Shown: in pieces, positions 1-9,109 of the stretch
How the letters are laid out: every line of letters begins with the position of its first letter
Numbering within the stretch: the first letter of the stretch is position 1
NCBI GenBank assembly: GCA_036733985.1
Contig: DAIMZM010000003.1
Location: 1 to 53,659, forward strand
Direction: 5' to 3'
Source of the DNA: Bacillota bacterium
GTDB lineage: Bacteria > Bacillota > Dehalobacteriia > UBA4068
Length of the DNA: 53,659 nt
Position numbers and translations under genes: made by a program
Notes under the pieces: model-generated
Seen by the model: the letters and a program-made list of their open reading frames with translations, nothing else
What the model was told of the DNA's origin: nothing
Databases searched by the model: none

Positions 1-881
1 TTCTTTCTCGGGAAACGCTGCAGGAAATCGCTGGCGATCTCGTCCATGGTGCACCAACGGACGCCTTCATGGCTGTTGATATGTTCGATCAAGCGTTCAT
101 GGGCCAGGATACACTGGGGCCGGCCGCTGACGTCCGGATGGATGGTCATGGGGAAGACGGCATAATCATATTCCCGGTAGTAGTAATCAAACTGATCCTG
201 CCACATGCCGAAAATATCCCGGGGATTGGCAAAGCCGTAGCTGTTGGGGCTCTTCTTCACAAACATCATGGGCGGCAAATCATCCAGATACCAGTTGGCG
301 GGGATTTCCACCAGATCCGTCTCCTCACCGCGGACCAGCGGTTTCATCCAATCTTTGGCAGCGGCGGAATAATTGATCTTGGTCCAGGAATCGCCCACCC
401 GCACATAATAAGGGTGCAGGTCGTTGTGCATCAGGCTGTGGTCGTATTTAATGCCGTGCTTGACCAGCAGCTCATTGGTCACATTGGAAAACTCCCACCA
501 GGGCGCCACATAACCGGTGGGGCTATAGCCGGTCAGCTCCTTAATCAGGTCGATACAGTAGACCAGGACGTCTTCTTCCTGTTTGGGTGTCATGGCAATG
601 GGATTCTCATGGGAATAGCCATGGAGCCCCACCTCATGGCCGGCGTCCACAATCATTTTCATCTGTTCCGGGAAAGTCTCGATGGAGTGGCCGGGGGCAA
701 AAAAGGTGGTCTTGAGACCATACTTTTTAAACAGCTTCAGCAGCCGGGGAATGCCCACTTCGCCGGCAAACAAGCCTCTGGAAATGTCATCCGGGGAATC
801 CTCGCCCGAATAAGAGCCCAGCCAACCGGCCACCGCGTCGATATCAACGCCATAACCAACTAAAATTTCTTTCTTAGCCAT
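1..881 (-). CDS. polysaccharide deacetylase family protein (PuuE/allantoinase-like divergent deacetylase); 3' end runs off the window
   Basis: My minus-strand translation from ATG 881..879 (RBS GGAGGATG upstream) reads [62 protein letters not shown]. This matches NodB-fold deacetylase motifs. The track ORF 69..863(+) is its antisense shadow. Confidence 0.75.
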   Translation of the reverse strand, partial: MAKKEILVGYGVDIDAVAGWLGSYSGEDSPDDISRGLFAGEVGIPRLLKLFKKYGLKTTFFAPGHSIETFPEQMKMIVDAGHEVGLHGYSHENPIAMTPKQEEDVLVYCIDLIKELTGYSPTGYVAPWWEFSNVTNELLVKHGIKYDHSLMHNDLHPYYVRVGDSWTKINYSAAAKDWMKPLVRGEETDLVEIPANWYLDDLPPMMFVKKSPNSYGFANPRDIFGMWQDQFDYYYREYDYAVFPMTIHPDVSGRPQCILAHERLIEHINSHEGVRWCTMDEIASDFLQRFPRK

Positions 882-918
882 GATACATCCTCCTTAATTT
901 TTTATTTTCCGGAGCGGC

Positions 919-3747
919 TTACCACCAGGTGCGGGCATAAGGGCTCCAGTCGATAATCTCCGCCTCGCCGTAGGCGTGATCAGCGCTGCTGATGGCGGCC
1001 GCCAATTTAGCCGCGTCCACCGGCAGCGTGGTGATGCGCACGCCCACCGCATCGTAAATCGCGTTCAGAATGGCCGGCGCCGCCGGGTTTAAGGCCATCT
1101 CGCCGAAGCCCTTGGCGCCGAAGGGACCAAAGGGATGCACTTCCTCAATATAGATGGAGCGGATATCCGGCGTATCCGTGAACTTGGGCAGGCCCAAATC
1201 CTTGTATTCCTTGATTTGGTTGTAGCCGTCCTTGACCGGGAAATCCTCGCTCAAGGCATAGCCCATGCCCATAACCGCGCTGCCGATGATCTGCCCCCGG
1301 ACCAGCCCGGGATTGATGGCGCGGCCGCAATCGTCGGCGGCATACATCCTGAGCACCTTCACCTGGCCGGTCTGCTCGTCAACCTCCACGATAGCCGCCT
1401 GCAAGGCGAAGCAGTAAGCCACCTGGAAGCGGTGATCCAGCATATTTTTATCAATATTGTCCGCCTGCTCCTGGGGGGGGAAGCAGACGCCGGCCACATA
1501 GTAATACGCCTCCTCCAGAGTTTCGCCATCCGCTGCCAGGGTCTGCCCGATCTCGGCATAGCTCTTGCGGAACGTCCCCTCCTGGCGGACGTCATAGACC
1601 CCTTCCATGTCCATATCCAAATAGTTGGCAATCTGGCCGAAACGGTCCGCCGCATAGTTCAGTAGCTTTTCCTTATACTTGATGCACAGGGTCAGAACCG
1701 CGTTGCCCGAGCAATAGGTCATCCGGGAAGCGCTGGTGCTGCCTTTGGCATAAGGCGAATGATCGTCGTCCACCGGCCCGATGTCCACCCGGTTATAACT
1801 GACGCCCAGGGTTTCCGCGGCGATTTGACAAACCACCGTATCATGGCCCTGGCCCAGCTCTACCGCGCCGGTATGCAAGAGGAAGCGCCCCTCCGGCGTC
1901 AGGCTGATTTTAGCGCCGGCGCCGTCCTCAAAGCCGCAGCCAAAGCCCATGTTTTTAAACCCGCCGGCCACGCCCACGCCGATTTTTTTACCAGGACCGG
2001 AAGGGGCGGGGATGCCGTCGGCTTTCAGCTGGCGTTCCACCTCGTCGATGGCCTGGTGAAAACCGCAGCCGTATTCGATGATCTGGCCCACGGAATTCTG
2101 TTTTCCGATATCCAGGCCGTTGACACGCCGTATTTCAAAGGGGGAGAGCCCGCAGGCCTCGGCCAAACGGTCCATCAGCGTTTCCACGATGACCGCCACC
2201 TGGGTGCTGCCATAACCCCGGAAGCACTCCGCCACCACTTTATTGGTGAACACCGCCGTGGAATCAAAATCCAGATGGGGCACTTCGTAAGGCCCGGTGC
2301 CCATGGCGGCGGTACAGGTGGCCAGGAAATCGCCTAAAGCGGAATAGGCACCGGTATCGGTGACGGTTTTCGCCTTGATGCCCAGCAGCCTGCCGTCCTT
2401 GGTGGCGCCCAATTTATAGTGAAAATCAATGGCATGCCGTTTCGTGGTCAGATTATTGACTTCCTCCCGGGTCAGGATCACCCGCACCGGGCGCTTGGTG
2501 TGGTAAGTGCCCAAGGCGGCGAAGATATGGCAGACCTGGTTTTCCCGCTTGCCGAAGGAACCGCCGCTGGGCCGGGTAATCAGGCGGATCTGGCTTTCGT
2601 CGATTTGCAGCGCATTGCAGATATTATGCCGCATATGGCTGGGATTCTGCCCGGGGCCGGAAACCACCAGCCGCCCCTGGGCATCGTATTCGGCCAGGGC
2701 CACATCCGGCTCCAGGCTGCCATGCTCCACGGTCTGGGTGCGCACATCCTGTTCCAGGATGATATCGGCCTTAGCTAGGGCCCGTTCCACATTGCCCTTG
2801 CGGACCTTTTTATTATAATAGGCATTGGGATACTGGTCATGGACCCGGCAGGAATTGGGGTCAAGACCTTCCTGCTGGTTGCGGATGACCGGCAGCACTT
2901 CATAATCCACCTTGATATACTGCATGGCCGCATAGGCCTGCTCGCCGGTTTCCGCGTAGACAACGGCCAGGGGCTCGCCGATAAAGCGGGCCTTCTCGCC
3001 TGCCAGCACCTGCTGGGGATATTCCTCCTGGGAGAATTCATTGGTGCCCGGGATATCCTGGGCAGTGGCGATAAAGACCACGCCCGGCTGCTTTAAGGCT
3101 TCGCTTTTATCAATGGACAAAATTTTGGCATGGGGGTATTCGGTAAACTTCAGGCGGCCCTCCAGGGGCTGATCCAGCTTGAAGTCATCGGTGAATAAGG
3201 CCGCGCCGGTGACCCGCTCCACGCCATGTTTGGTCACGGGGCTGTCGCCCACCCAGCCCTTGGTATCATACAGATCCACGCTGGTCTTGCCGTCCAGGAT
3301 TTCAATGGCCAGGCGGACCGCTTCCAGCACCTGCACATAGCCGGTGCAGCGGCAGATATTGAAGCGCAGGGCATGCTTGATCTCCTCATCCGTGGGATGG
3401 GGGTTGGCGTCCAGCAGGGCTTTGGCCGCCATAATAATACCGGGCGTACAAAAGCCGCATTGATAAGCGTGCTTCTTCAAAAAAGCCTGCTGCAGGGGAT
3501 GCAGCTCCCCGTCCTGAGCCAGCCCTTCGATGGTCTGCACCTCCGCGCCGGCCAGGGTTTTCATTTTCCGGGCGCAGGAACGCACCGCCTTACCGTTGAC
3601 AATAACGGTGCAGGTGCCGCATTGGCCCCGGCTGCAGCCGTCTTTGGTGCCGATCAGGCCCAGGTCATCCCTTAAGTAGCGTAACAGGCTCTGATCCGGG
3701 TTCTGGGCGCTGACGTCCTTTCCGTTTACTTTAAGCTCTATAGACAT
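919..3747 (-). CDS. Mop-type aldehyde oxidoreductase / xanthine dehydrogenase family molybdoenzyme (fused 2x[2Fe-2S] and molybdopterin-binding domains, no FAD domain)
   Basis: Track ORF 919..3867. I take the start at ATG 3747 (MSIELKVNGK..), which has the RBS GGGAGAG. The N-terminus has the plant-type ferredoxin CSRGQCGTCTV and a second cluster CGFCTPG..CRCTGY. A ~750 aa MoCo domain follows, giving the architecture of D. gigas MOP. Confidence 0.9.
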   Translation of the reverse strand: MSIELKVNGKDVSAQNPDQSLLRYLRDDLGLIGTKDGCSRGQCGTCTVIVNGKAVRSCARKMKTLAGAEVQTIEGLAQDGELHPLQQAFLKKHAYQCGFCTPGIIMAAKALLDANPHPTDEEIKHALRFNICRCTGYVQVLEAVRLAIEILDGKTSVDLYDTKGWVGDSPVTKHGVERVTGAALFTDDFKLDQPLEGRLKFTEYPHAKILSIDKSEALKQPGVVFIATAQDIPGTNEFSQEEYPQQVLAGEKARFIGEPLAVVYAETGEQAYAAMQYIKVDYEVLPVIRNQQEGLDPNSCRVHDQYPNAYYNKKVRKGNVERALAKADIILEQDVRTQTVEHGSLEPDVALAEYDAQGRLVVSGPGQNPSHMRHNICNALQIDESQIRLITRPSGGSFGKRENQVCHIFAALGTYHTKRPVRVILTREEVNNLTTKRHAIDFHYKLGATKDGRLLGIKAKTVTDTGAYSALGDFLATCTAAMGTGPYEVPHLDFDSTAVFTNKVVAECFRGYGSTQVAVIVETLMDRLAEACGLSPFEIRRVNGLDIGKQNSVGQIIEYGCGFHQAIDEVERQLKADGIPAPSGPGKKIGVGVAGGFKNMGFGCGFEDGAGAKISLTPEGRFLLHTGAVELGQGHDTVVCQIAAETLGVSYNRVDIGPVDDDHSPYAKGSTSASRMTYCSGNAVLTLCIKYKEKLLNYAADRFGQIANYLDMDMEGVYDVRQEGTFRKSYAEIGQTLAADGETLEEAYYYVAGVCFPPQEQADNIDKNMLDHRFQVAYCFALQAAIVEVDEQTGQVKVLRMYAADDCGRAINPGLVRGQIIGSAVMGMGYALSEDFPVKDGYNQIKEYKDLGLPKFTDTPDIRSIYIEEVHPFGPFGAKGFGEMALNPAAPAILNAIYDAVGVRITTLPVDAAKLAAAISSADHAYGEAEIIDWSPYARTWW

Positions 3748-3938
3748 TTTTTTCTCTCCCTTTTGCGCGTTAATGCAGGTTTTAGCGCCATCAGCGCAAC
3801 GGTCTGAATCAATAAGCGGACTGCCTGTGCCGGAGCGGCGCGGGGACGGCAGGGAGGTCGCCCCCATCCCCGCGCCATCCTAGCGCAAGGTAGGTTGGTC
3901 CGGGCCCGGGTAAACCGGGCCGGAACAAATTAAGAACA

Positions 3939-4085
3939 TTAGCGTGCTTTCGGCTGCTCCTTGTCCTCCTTTGAGGAGAGGAACCCTTTTTTGACGATAT
4001 TGACTGTCAGAAAGACGCAGGAAGCGATCAGGTAGATGTAGCAGAACCAAAGGATACCGCTGAAAAGGCCTTGCTCGACCATCAT
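3939..4085 (-). CDS. 48-aa small membrane protein directly downstream of the symporter (putative symporter small accessory subunit)
   Basis: Below the track cutoff. The sequence AAAGGAGGAATGTTGTT-ATGATG gives MMVEQGLFSGILWFCYIYLIASCVFLTVNIVKKGFLSSKEDKEQPKAR: one hydrophobic helix and a basic tail. It has a strong RBS and starts 34 nt after the symporter stop. Confidence 0.55.
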   Translation of the reverse strand: MMVEQGLFSGILWFCYIYLIASCVFLTVNIVKKGFLSSKEDKEQPKAR

Positions 4086-4118
4086 AACAACATTCCTCCT
4101 TTAAAATTCACCCCGTGT

Positions 4119-5615
4119 TTACATACTGAGTTTGGCTGCCCGGTCCGCGGCCCCTTCCGCTTCCAAAGCCTTGATATTGTTCAGCCGCATGCCCTCATAG
4201 TCGAAATTATCCGGCTTGAACAGGGAAATGACCACGCAGAGCAAGGCGGACAGCGCATAGCAGGTCACATAAGTGATCCACAGCGGCAGATCGGTGAGGA
4301 ACATCATGTATAACGCCACCGCCAGGGTAAACACCGTGGCCACATTGGCCGCCACCTTGGTGGTTTTCTTCCAGTAAAGCCCGAAGACAATGGAGAAGAA
4401 GGGGGTGGGGATGAACACGCCGCAGGACAGCATGAAATCCAGCAGGGAGACTTTTTGCAGCGCCACCACGCAGCCCACCACCAGCACGCCCATGACCACG
4501 GACAGCCAGCGCAGCATTTTCAGGCTGGGCTTTTTGCCGCTGTACTGTTCATAGAAATCGCTGGCCAGCAAAGCGGTGAAGCCGCCCAGGTAAGACGTGC
4601 CGGTGGAATAGATGGCGAACAGCAAGGCTACCGCCAGCCAAATGGATGCGCCGGAAGGCAGCAGCTGCCTGACCACAGCCGGGAACACGTCGGTGCCCAC
4701 CGCCAGCTTGCCGGTCATACCCAGCGCAATGCCGCAGAGGCCGATGGAAGAGCTGACCAAGGCCATGGGCATCCAGCTCCAGCCGCCGAACAGCATGGCT
4801 TTGGTCACGCCTTTAGGCTCCACGGCATAAGCCCGCTGCCAGGCATAATTGCTCATGGTGGCGATCACGCCCCAGCCGCCGAAGGTCAGCAGGAAATAGT
4901 TGATCACACCGTCGGCCCGGAACAGATTGAGCCAGTTGCCCTGCTCGTGGACCACGGCCTGCTCGCTGACCATCTGGAAGATATTGCCTACGCCGCCCAT
5001 CTTGGCGTAAATCATGGGCACCATGATCACCAGGATCAGCACCACAATAAAATACTGGATAAAACCGGTGACCAGGGAGGACCACATCCCCGCCACCAGG
5101 TAATAACCCACGAACACCGCGCCGATCACCAGGGCCGCCGCGGTATAGCTCATGCCGAACATGCCGCTGAACAGCGAAGCGCCGCCGATGACCTGGAACA
5201 TGGTGAAGACAAACATGATGTACAGGGCCACCAGGCAGAAAATAATATGGGTGCTGGAGCCGAAGCGGGTCTTGACCCAGGAGCCGATGGTGGTGCCGTT
5301 AGGCGCCAGGTATCTGGTACGGTGGGCGATCACGGCAAAAATGGTGAAACTCAGCGGCGTGGGCAAGGCGTACATCCACATGCCGCCGATGCCCCAGTTG
5401 AACACGCCCTCCGCCGAAGCCAGCAGGGAGCCGGCCCACAGCTCGGTGGCGGCGATGGAGGACGCCACCAGGGGCCAGGGCACGCCGCGGCTGGCCACCA
5501 AAAAGCTGGAGCTGTCCAGTTTAACCTTCTTATAAACGACGTAAGAAATAAGGAACATTAATATAGCGGTAAAAATGAAAATCATCCATCCCCAGGATAC
5601 AGGTAATGCCGACAT
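4119..5615 (-). CDS. sodium:solute symporter (SSS/SSF family) permease
   Basis: Track ORF 4119..5633. The preferred start is ATG 5615 (MSALPVSWGW..) because GGAGG lies 7 nt upstream. The product is a polytopic, ~13-TM hydrophobic protein typical of the SSF family. Confidence 0.85.
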   Translation of the reverse strand: MSALPVSWGWMIFIFTAILMFLISYVVYKKVKLDSSSFLVASRGVPWPLVASSIAATELWAGSLLASAEGVFNWGIGGMWMYALPTPLSFTIFAVIAHRTRYLAPNGTTIGSWVKTRFGSSTHIIFCLVALYIMFVFTMFQVIGGASLFSGMFGMSYTAAALVIGAVFVGYYLVAGMWSSLVTGFIQYFIVVLILVIMVPMIYAKMGGVGNIFQMVSEQAVVHEQGNWLNLFRADGVINYFLLTFGGWGVIATMSNYAWQRAYAVEPKGVTKAMLFGGWSWMPMALVSSSIGLCGIALGMTGKLAVGTDVFPAVVRQLLPSGASIWLAVALLFAIYSTGTSYLGGFTALLASDFYEQYSGKKPSLKMLRWLSVVMGVLVVGCVVALQKVSLLDFMLSCGVFIPTPFFSIVFGLYWKKTTKVAANVATVFTLAVALYMMFLTDLPLWITYVTCYALSALLCVVISLFKPDNFDYEGMRLNNIKALEAEGAADRAAKLSM

Positions 5616-5805
5616 TGCTTTACCTCCTAACATGCTGCTTTTTCATAGAAATCCTCATGGCGACTGTTACGATACGGGCTAAACCTCTGGTATGTAATTT
5701 TCAAGATGCCGCCGGAACAGCGGTCCGGCAAAAGCGCTTTTACACCTCCTCTCCACCGTCCTGATCTTTTAGCCTTGCCCAGGCCCCGCAAACAGGCCTT
5801 CCGGC

Positions 5806-6615
5806 TTATTCGCGGTAATAGTCGGCGATCACATTGCGCTTCAGGTCTTTCAGATAGGGAACCGCCTCCCGTTGTTCCTGGATACGGTCCAAGTCCACCT
5901 CGGCAATAATGACTTCATCCCCCTCGGTCCGGGCCGCTGCCAGCAGCTCGCCCTTGGGGCCGACAATCCGGCTGGAGGCGCAGAACTCCGTCTCATTCTT
6001 TTCTGTGCCCGCCCGGTTGCAAGCAACGATATAATTGCCGTTTTCCAAGGCCCTGGCCCGGGAGGCCACATCCCAGGCATAATAACGGGCTTTGCCAAAA
6101 GCTGACGGATACACAATGATATCGGCTCCATTCAGCGCCAGAATACGGGCGTTTTCCGGAAAGCCCACCTCATAGCAGACCTGCATGCCGATCTTACATA
6201 AGCCGATATCAAAAACAGCGTCATACTGGCCGTCGCCTTTGCTGAAACGGGCATTTTCCCGGTCCCAAAGCGCTGATTTGCGATAAAAGCCGATCACGCC
6301 CTCGGGGCCGACTAAAACAGCGGTGTCGTAAAGCAGTCCTTCATACGCCTCGATGATGGCGCCTGCCAGGAAGATGCCCAGCTTGCGGCAGAGCGCCGCC
6401 ATCCGCTCCGTGGTGGGGCCGGGAATCGTGGTGGCCAGCTCCCGGTCGGACGCTTCCACCCGGTAACCGGTATCAAACAGCTCCGGGATCACGATCAGGG
6501 CCGCCCCCGCTTCAGCGGCCTGATGGATCATTTGCTCCGCTTTGGCCAAATTATGTTCCACATCGCCGGTAAGACAAATCATTTGAATTGCGGCAACCTT
6601 AAATTTTTTACTCAT
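5806..6615 (-). CDS. carbon-nitrogen hydrolase (nitrilase superfamily) amidase
   Basis: MSKKFKVAAIQM.., with Glu (PELFDTGY), Lys (YRKSALW) and Cys (MQVCYEVGFPE) in the E-K-C catalytic triad context. The ATG at 6615 is preferred over the TTG at 6621. Confidence 0.85.
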   Translation of the reverse strand: MSKKFKVAAIQMICLTGDVEHNLAKAEQMIHQAAEAGAALIVIPELFDTGYRVEASDRELATTIPGPTTERMAALCRKLGIFLAGAIIEAYEGLLYDTAVLVGPEGVIGFYRKSALWDRENARFSKGDGQYDAVFDIGLCKIGMQVCYEVGFPENARILALNGADIIVYPSAFGKARYYAWDVASRARALENGNYIVACNRAGTEKNETEFCASSRIVGPKGELLAAARTEGDEVIIAEVDLDRIQEQREAVPYLKDLKRNVIADYYRE

Positions 6616-6656
6616 GTCCAACCCCCGCTCCTGTTTTCGTCACATCCAATTAATAA

Positions 6657-6671
6657 GCAATTCCCGTGCCA
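6657..6671 (-). promoter_or_regulatory. sigma-54 (-24/-12) promoter for the hydrolase-symporter-Mop operon
   Basis: The minus strand reads TGGCACGGGAATTGC, a perfect match to TGGCAC-N5-TTGC. It lies ~40 nt upstream of ATG 6615 and downstream of a sigma-54 activator gene. Confidence 0.85.
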
Positions 6672-6735
6672 AACATCAGGAAATCAGGAAAAAAGCAAAA
6701 ATTTATTTTTTCATCAATTAATTTGCCCGCTCCAG

Positions 6736-6757
6736 GCCATTTATGCATAAAAATGGC
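6736..6757. promoter_or_regulatory. candidate enhancer (UAS) palindrome for the sigma-54 activator
   Basis: GCCATTT-ATGCATAA-AAATGGC has 7-bp perfect inverted arms and lies 65-100 nt upstream of the -24/-12 element. Related TGCATAA/ATGCG motifs recur at 6853-6892. Confidence 0.35.
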
Positions 6758-6784
6758 GATAAAAAGCGCCCCGGCTTTTGACGG

Positions 6785-6821
6785 CAAAAAAATAGATAAG
6801 CGCTGAAAACAGCACTTATCT
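6785..6821 (-). terminator. intrinsic terminator after the sigma-54 activator gene
   Basis: The minus strand reads AGATAAGTGCTG-TTTT-CAGCGCTTATCT followed by ATTTTTTT. Confidence 0.75.
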
Positions 6822-6918
6822 ATTCTCGTCTGCGGATAAAAAACGCCTGGCCTTATGCGTTTTATCATAAAAGCCATGCGTTTTTGCATAATCAGGGATC
6901 CCGTTTCCGGCGGCCAGG

Positions 6919-8640
6919 TTACCGCATATTTTTCATTTTACGGCTGATGGTGCTCTGATCAACGCCCAGGATTTCAGCAATCTTGGTGGCGGTGGGATAC
7001 TTTTCCAGGGCCAGGGCGATCAACTGCTGTTCCACACTGTTCACCGCTTCCCGCAGCGGCATGATGCGATTGATGATAATGCCGTTGCCCTGGTCTTTGG
7101 CCAGGATATGCACGGGCAGGTCGGCAACGGTGATCGTGTCTTTGTCGGAAAGGACAACCAGCCGCTCGACAATGTTCTGCAATTCACGGATATTCCCCGG
7201 CCAGTGGTATTCCATAAAGCGCTGGATCACATCGGCCTCCAGTATTTTGTTCTTGCCGTATTGCTTATTATAGCGGTTGATAAAAAACATGGTCAGCGGC
7301 AGAATATCGTCCGGCCGCTCCCTGAGCGCCGGCACATGGATGGGCACCACGTTCAAGCGGTAATAGAGGTCTTCCCGGAACCGGCCGCTGCGCATCTCCG
7401 TTTCCAGATCCCGGTTGCAGGCGGCGATGATCCGCACGTCCACCTGGATGACCTTGGTGCCGCCTACCCGGATCAGCGTGCCTTCCTGCAGGATCCGCAG
7501 CAGTTTGACCTGCATATTCAGGGGGATCTCCGAAATCTCGTCCAGGAACAGCGTGCCGCGGTGGGCCAGCTCGAACAGGCCCTGTTTGCCTTCTTTGCTG
7601 GCGCCGGTGAAAGCGCCCCTTTCATAGCCGAACAGTTCGGATTCCAGCAGCGTTTCCGGAATGGCGCCGCAGTTGATCTTAATGTACTGCCTGTCCTTGC
7701 GCGGGCTGTTGGCATGGATAAAGGCGGCCAGCACTTCCTTGCCCACGCCGGATTCGCCGGTGATCAGGACCGTGGAATCCACATCGCTGACCTTCAGCGC
7801 CATATGGGCCACATTGGCCATGGCCTGGCTGGTATAAATAAATTTATTCTGCTCCATATTGCGGGCGCGCAATTCGTCCAGTTCATGCTTGTAGGCGTCC
7901 AGCAGCAGCTTGATGCTGTCCAGCTCCACCTTCATGCTTTGTTCCGAGGTGATGTCCCGGGAAAGGTTGATGACCTGGACGATCTCCCCCTGCTTATTGG
8001 TAAAGGGCGTGCCGATCACCATCAGCTTCCGGCCGGTCTTCGTCACCTGGATACACTGGACCCGCTGCTTGGTTTCCAGGACCAAGCGGGTGATAGAGGG
8101 CCGGTACACCCCCTCCTCCTCCAGATCCTGCACCCGGCGGCCGATCATCTTGTCCGCCGTCATCCCCCATAATTCCTCGCAGGCGGCGCTGACCTTCTGG
8201 GTGATGCCGCCGCCGTCCGAGGCATAAATCACATCATAATTGGAATTAAAAATCGCCCGGATATCATTGTTCAGGTCATCGTAAGAACCGCCCCAGACCG
8301 GATCCGCCGGCGACTGGTAGGCGTCGGCAGGGATGGTCAGCTGCATGGCGCCCAGCAGGGTACCCTGATCCCAGATCCCGCTCTGCAGGCAGAAATTATC
8401 GCCGTCCCGGAACATCAGGCGGGTTTTGGTATGTACATTCAGCATTTTGGGCAAGGTATGTTCCGGCCAGACCGACTGGATATCCTGATGCAGCAAATCC
8501 GCCTTTTCATAGCCGGTTTCTTCAATAAACGGATCGTTTACATAAGAAATCCGCGCGCCCCGGTCAATAATGATCAAACGGCCCGGTAAACTATCCAGGA
8601 TATTCTGCAGAAAAGAAGACTTATCGCGGAGCAGGTTCAT
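6919..8640 (-). CDS. sigma-54-dependent transcriptional activator (PAS sensor domains, AAA+ domain, Fis-type HTH)
   Basis: Walker A GESGVGKE, sigma-54 contact loop GAFTGA (ERGAFTGASKEG), C-terminal HTH KIAEILGVDQSTISRKMK. The ATG at 8640 (RBS GGGGTGA) is preferred over the GTG at 8652. Confidence 0.9.
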   Translation of the reverse strand: MNLLRDKSSFLQNILDSLPGRLIIIDRGARISYVNDPFIEETGYEKADLLHQDIQSVWPEHTLPKMLNVHTKTRLMFRDGDNFCLQSGIWDQGTLLGAMQLTIPADAYQSPADPVWGGSYDDLNNDIRAIFNSNYDVIYASDGGGITQKVSAACEELWGMTADKMIGRRVQDLEEEGVYRPSITRLVLETKQRVQCIQVTKTGRKLMVIGTPFTNKQGEIVQVINLSRDITSEQSMKVELDSIKLLLDAYKHELDELRARNMEQNKFIYTSQAMANVAHMALKVSDVDSTVLITGESGVGKEVLAAFIHANSPRKDRQYIKINCGAIPETLLESELFGYERGAFTGASKEGKQGLFELAHRGTLFLDEISEIPLNMQVKLLRILQEGTLIRVGGTKVIQVDVRIIAACNRDLETEMRSGRFREDLYYRLNVVPIHVPALRERPDDILPLTMFFINRYNKQYGKNKILEADVIQRFMEYHWPGNIRELQNIVERLVVLSDKDTITVADLPVHILAKDQGNGIIINRIMPLREAVNSVEQQLIALALEKYPTATKIAEILGVDQSTISRKMKNMR

Positions 8641-8796
8641 GATTTCGCTCACCCCATTATGCTTAACCTAGCGGCCTGTCAGTAAATTCTAACACAAAGC
8701 AACGGTGGAAACAAGAACCCCCGGGTACGGGGGGCTAATTTATATCGGACGCGCCTCTTGGCCGAATGCCCGGCTTTAGCAAGGCCGGGCCTGCTC

Positions 8797-8825
8797 TTGA
8801 CTTCGCCCCCGGCTTATGCTATATT
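8797..8825 (+). promoter_or_regulatory. sigma-A type promoter for scfA
   Basis: TTGACT, 17 nt spacer, TATATT, ~70 nt upstream of the scfA ATG. Confidence 0.6.
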
Positions 8826-8894
8826 TTTGATATTATGAAAGAAGACTTGAGTCCGCCTGTTTTGGCCGGGCTTCATGAAAACGGAGGAAAACCA

Positions 8895-9041
8895 ATGGAC
8901 CGAATCAAGACCCTGAAAACCCGGGATTTATGTGAAAGCGCGAAGGACGGCGGCTGCGGCGAATGCCAGACCTCCTGCCAATCCGCCTGCAAAACCAGCT
9001 GCGGCGTTGCCAACCAGAAATGCGAGAGCGAAGAAAAATAA
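8895..9041 (+). CDS. scfA: SCIFF (six-cysteines-in-forty-five) ranthipeptide precursor
   Basis: MDRIKTLKTRDLCESAKDGGCGECQTSCQSACKTSCGVANQKCESEEK contains the hallmark GGCGECQTSCQSACKTSC core. GGAGG sits 7 nt before ATG 8895. The longer track ORF from 8766 is not supported. Confidence 0.93.
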   Translation: MDRIKTLKTRDLCESAKDGGCGECQTSCQSACKTSCGVANQKCESEEK

Positions 9042-9058
9042 ACCGGTTCCGCTATGGA

Positions 9059-9085
9059 AATGCCGCCACTGGCGGCATTTTTTTA
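9059..9085 (+). terminator. intra-operon hairpin with U-tract between scfA and scfB (partial terminator/attenuator)
   Basis: AATGCCGCC-ACT-GGCGGCATT followed by TTTTTT. Confidence 0.65.
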
Positions 9086-9109
9086 TGAACGGCTGGGAGA
9101 TAAACGCCA

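Noticed and set aside
69-863. 264-aa + strand ORF at the left edge
   Set aside because: It lies entirely antisense to a well-supported deacetylase gene (minus strand, ATG 881, good RBS). Its translation is Gly/His/Val-rich with no motifs. This is a typical GC-rich shadow ORF.
3748-3867. 40-codon N-terminal extension of the molybdoenzyme ORF
   Set aside because: There is no RBS. The family starts at the ferredoxin-like domain (MSIELKVNG), which has its own RBS. The extension is Ser/Pro/Arg-rich and covers the structured leader.
4455-5561. 368-aa + strand ORF (similar cases at 7108-8172, 9083-10102, 13943-14866, 20028-21029, 26222-27445, 27485-28588)
   Set aside because: Each is antisense to a gene with clear family motifs (symporter, sigma-54 activator, scfB, recombinase, COG1900, murT, rocD). 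Each has His/Gly/Arg/Ala-biased composition and no RBS.
8766-8894. N-terminal 43-codon extension of the SCIFF ORF in the track
   Set aside because: The extension overlaps the promoter (8797-8825). SCIFF precursors are about 45-48 aa and start MxxIKTL. GGAGG precedes the internal ATG at 8895.
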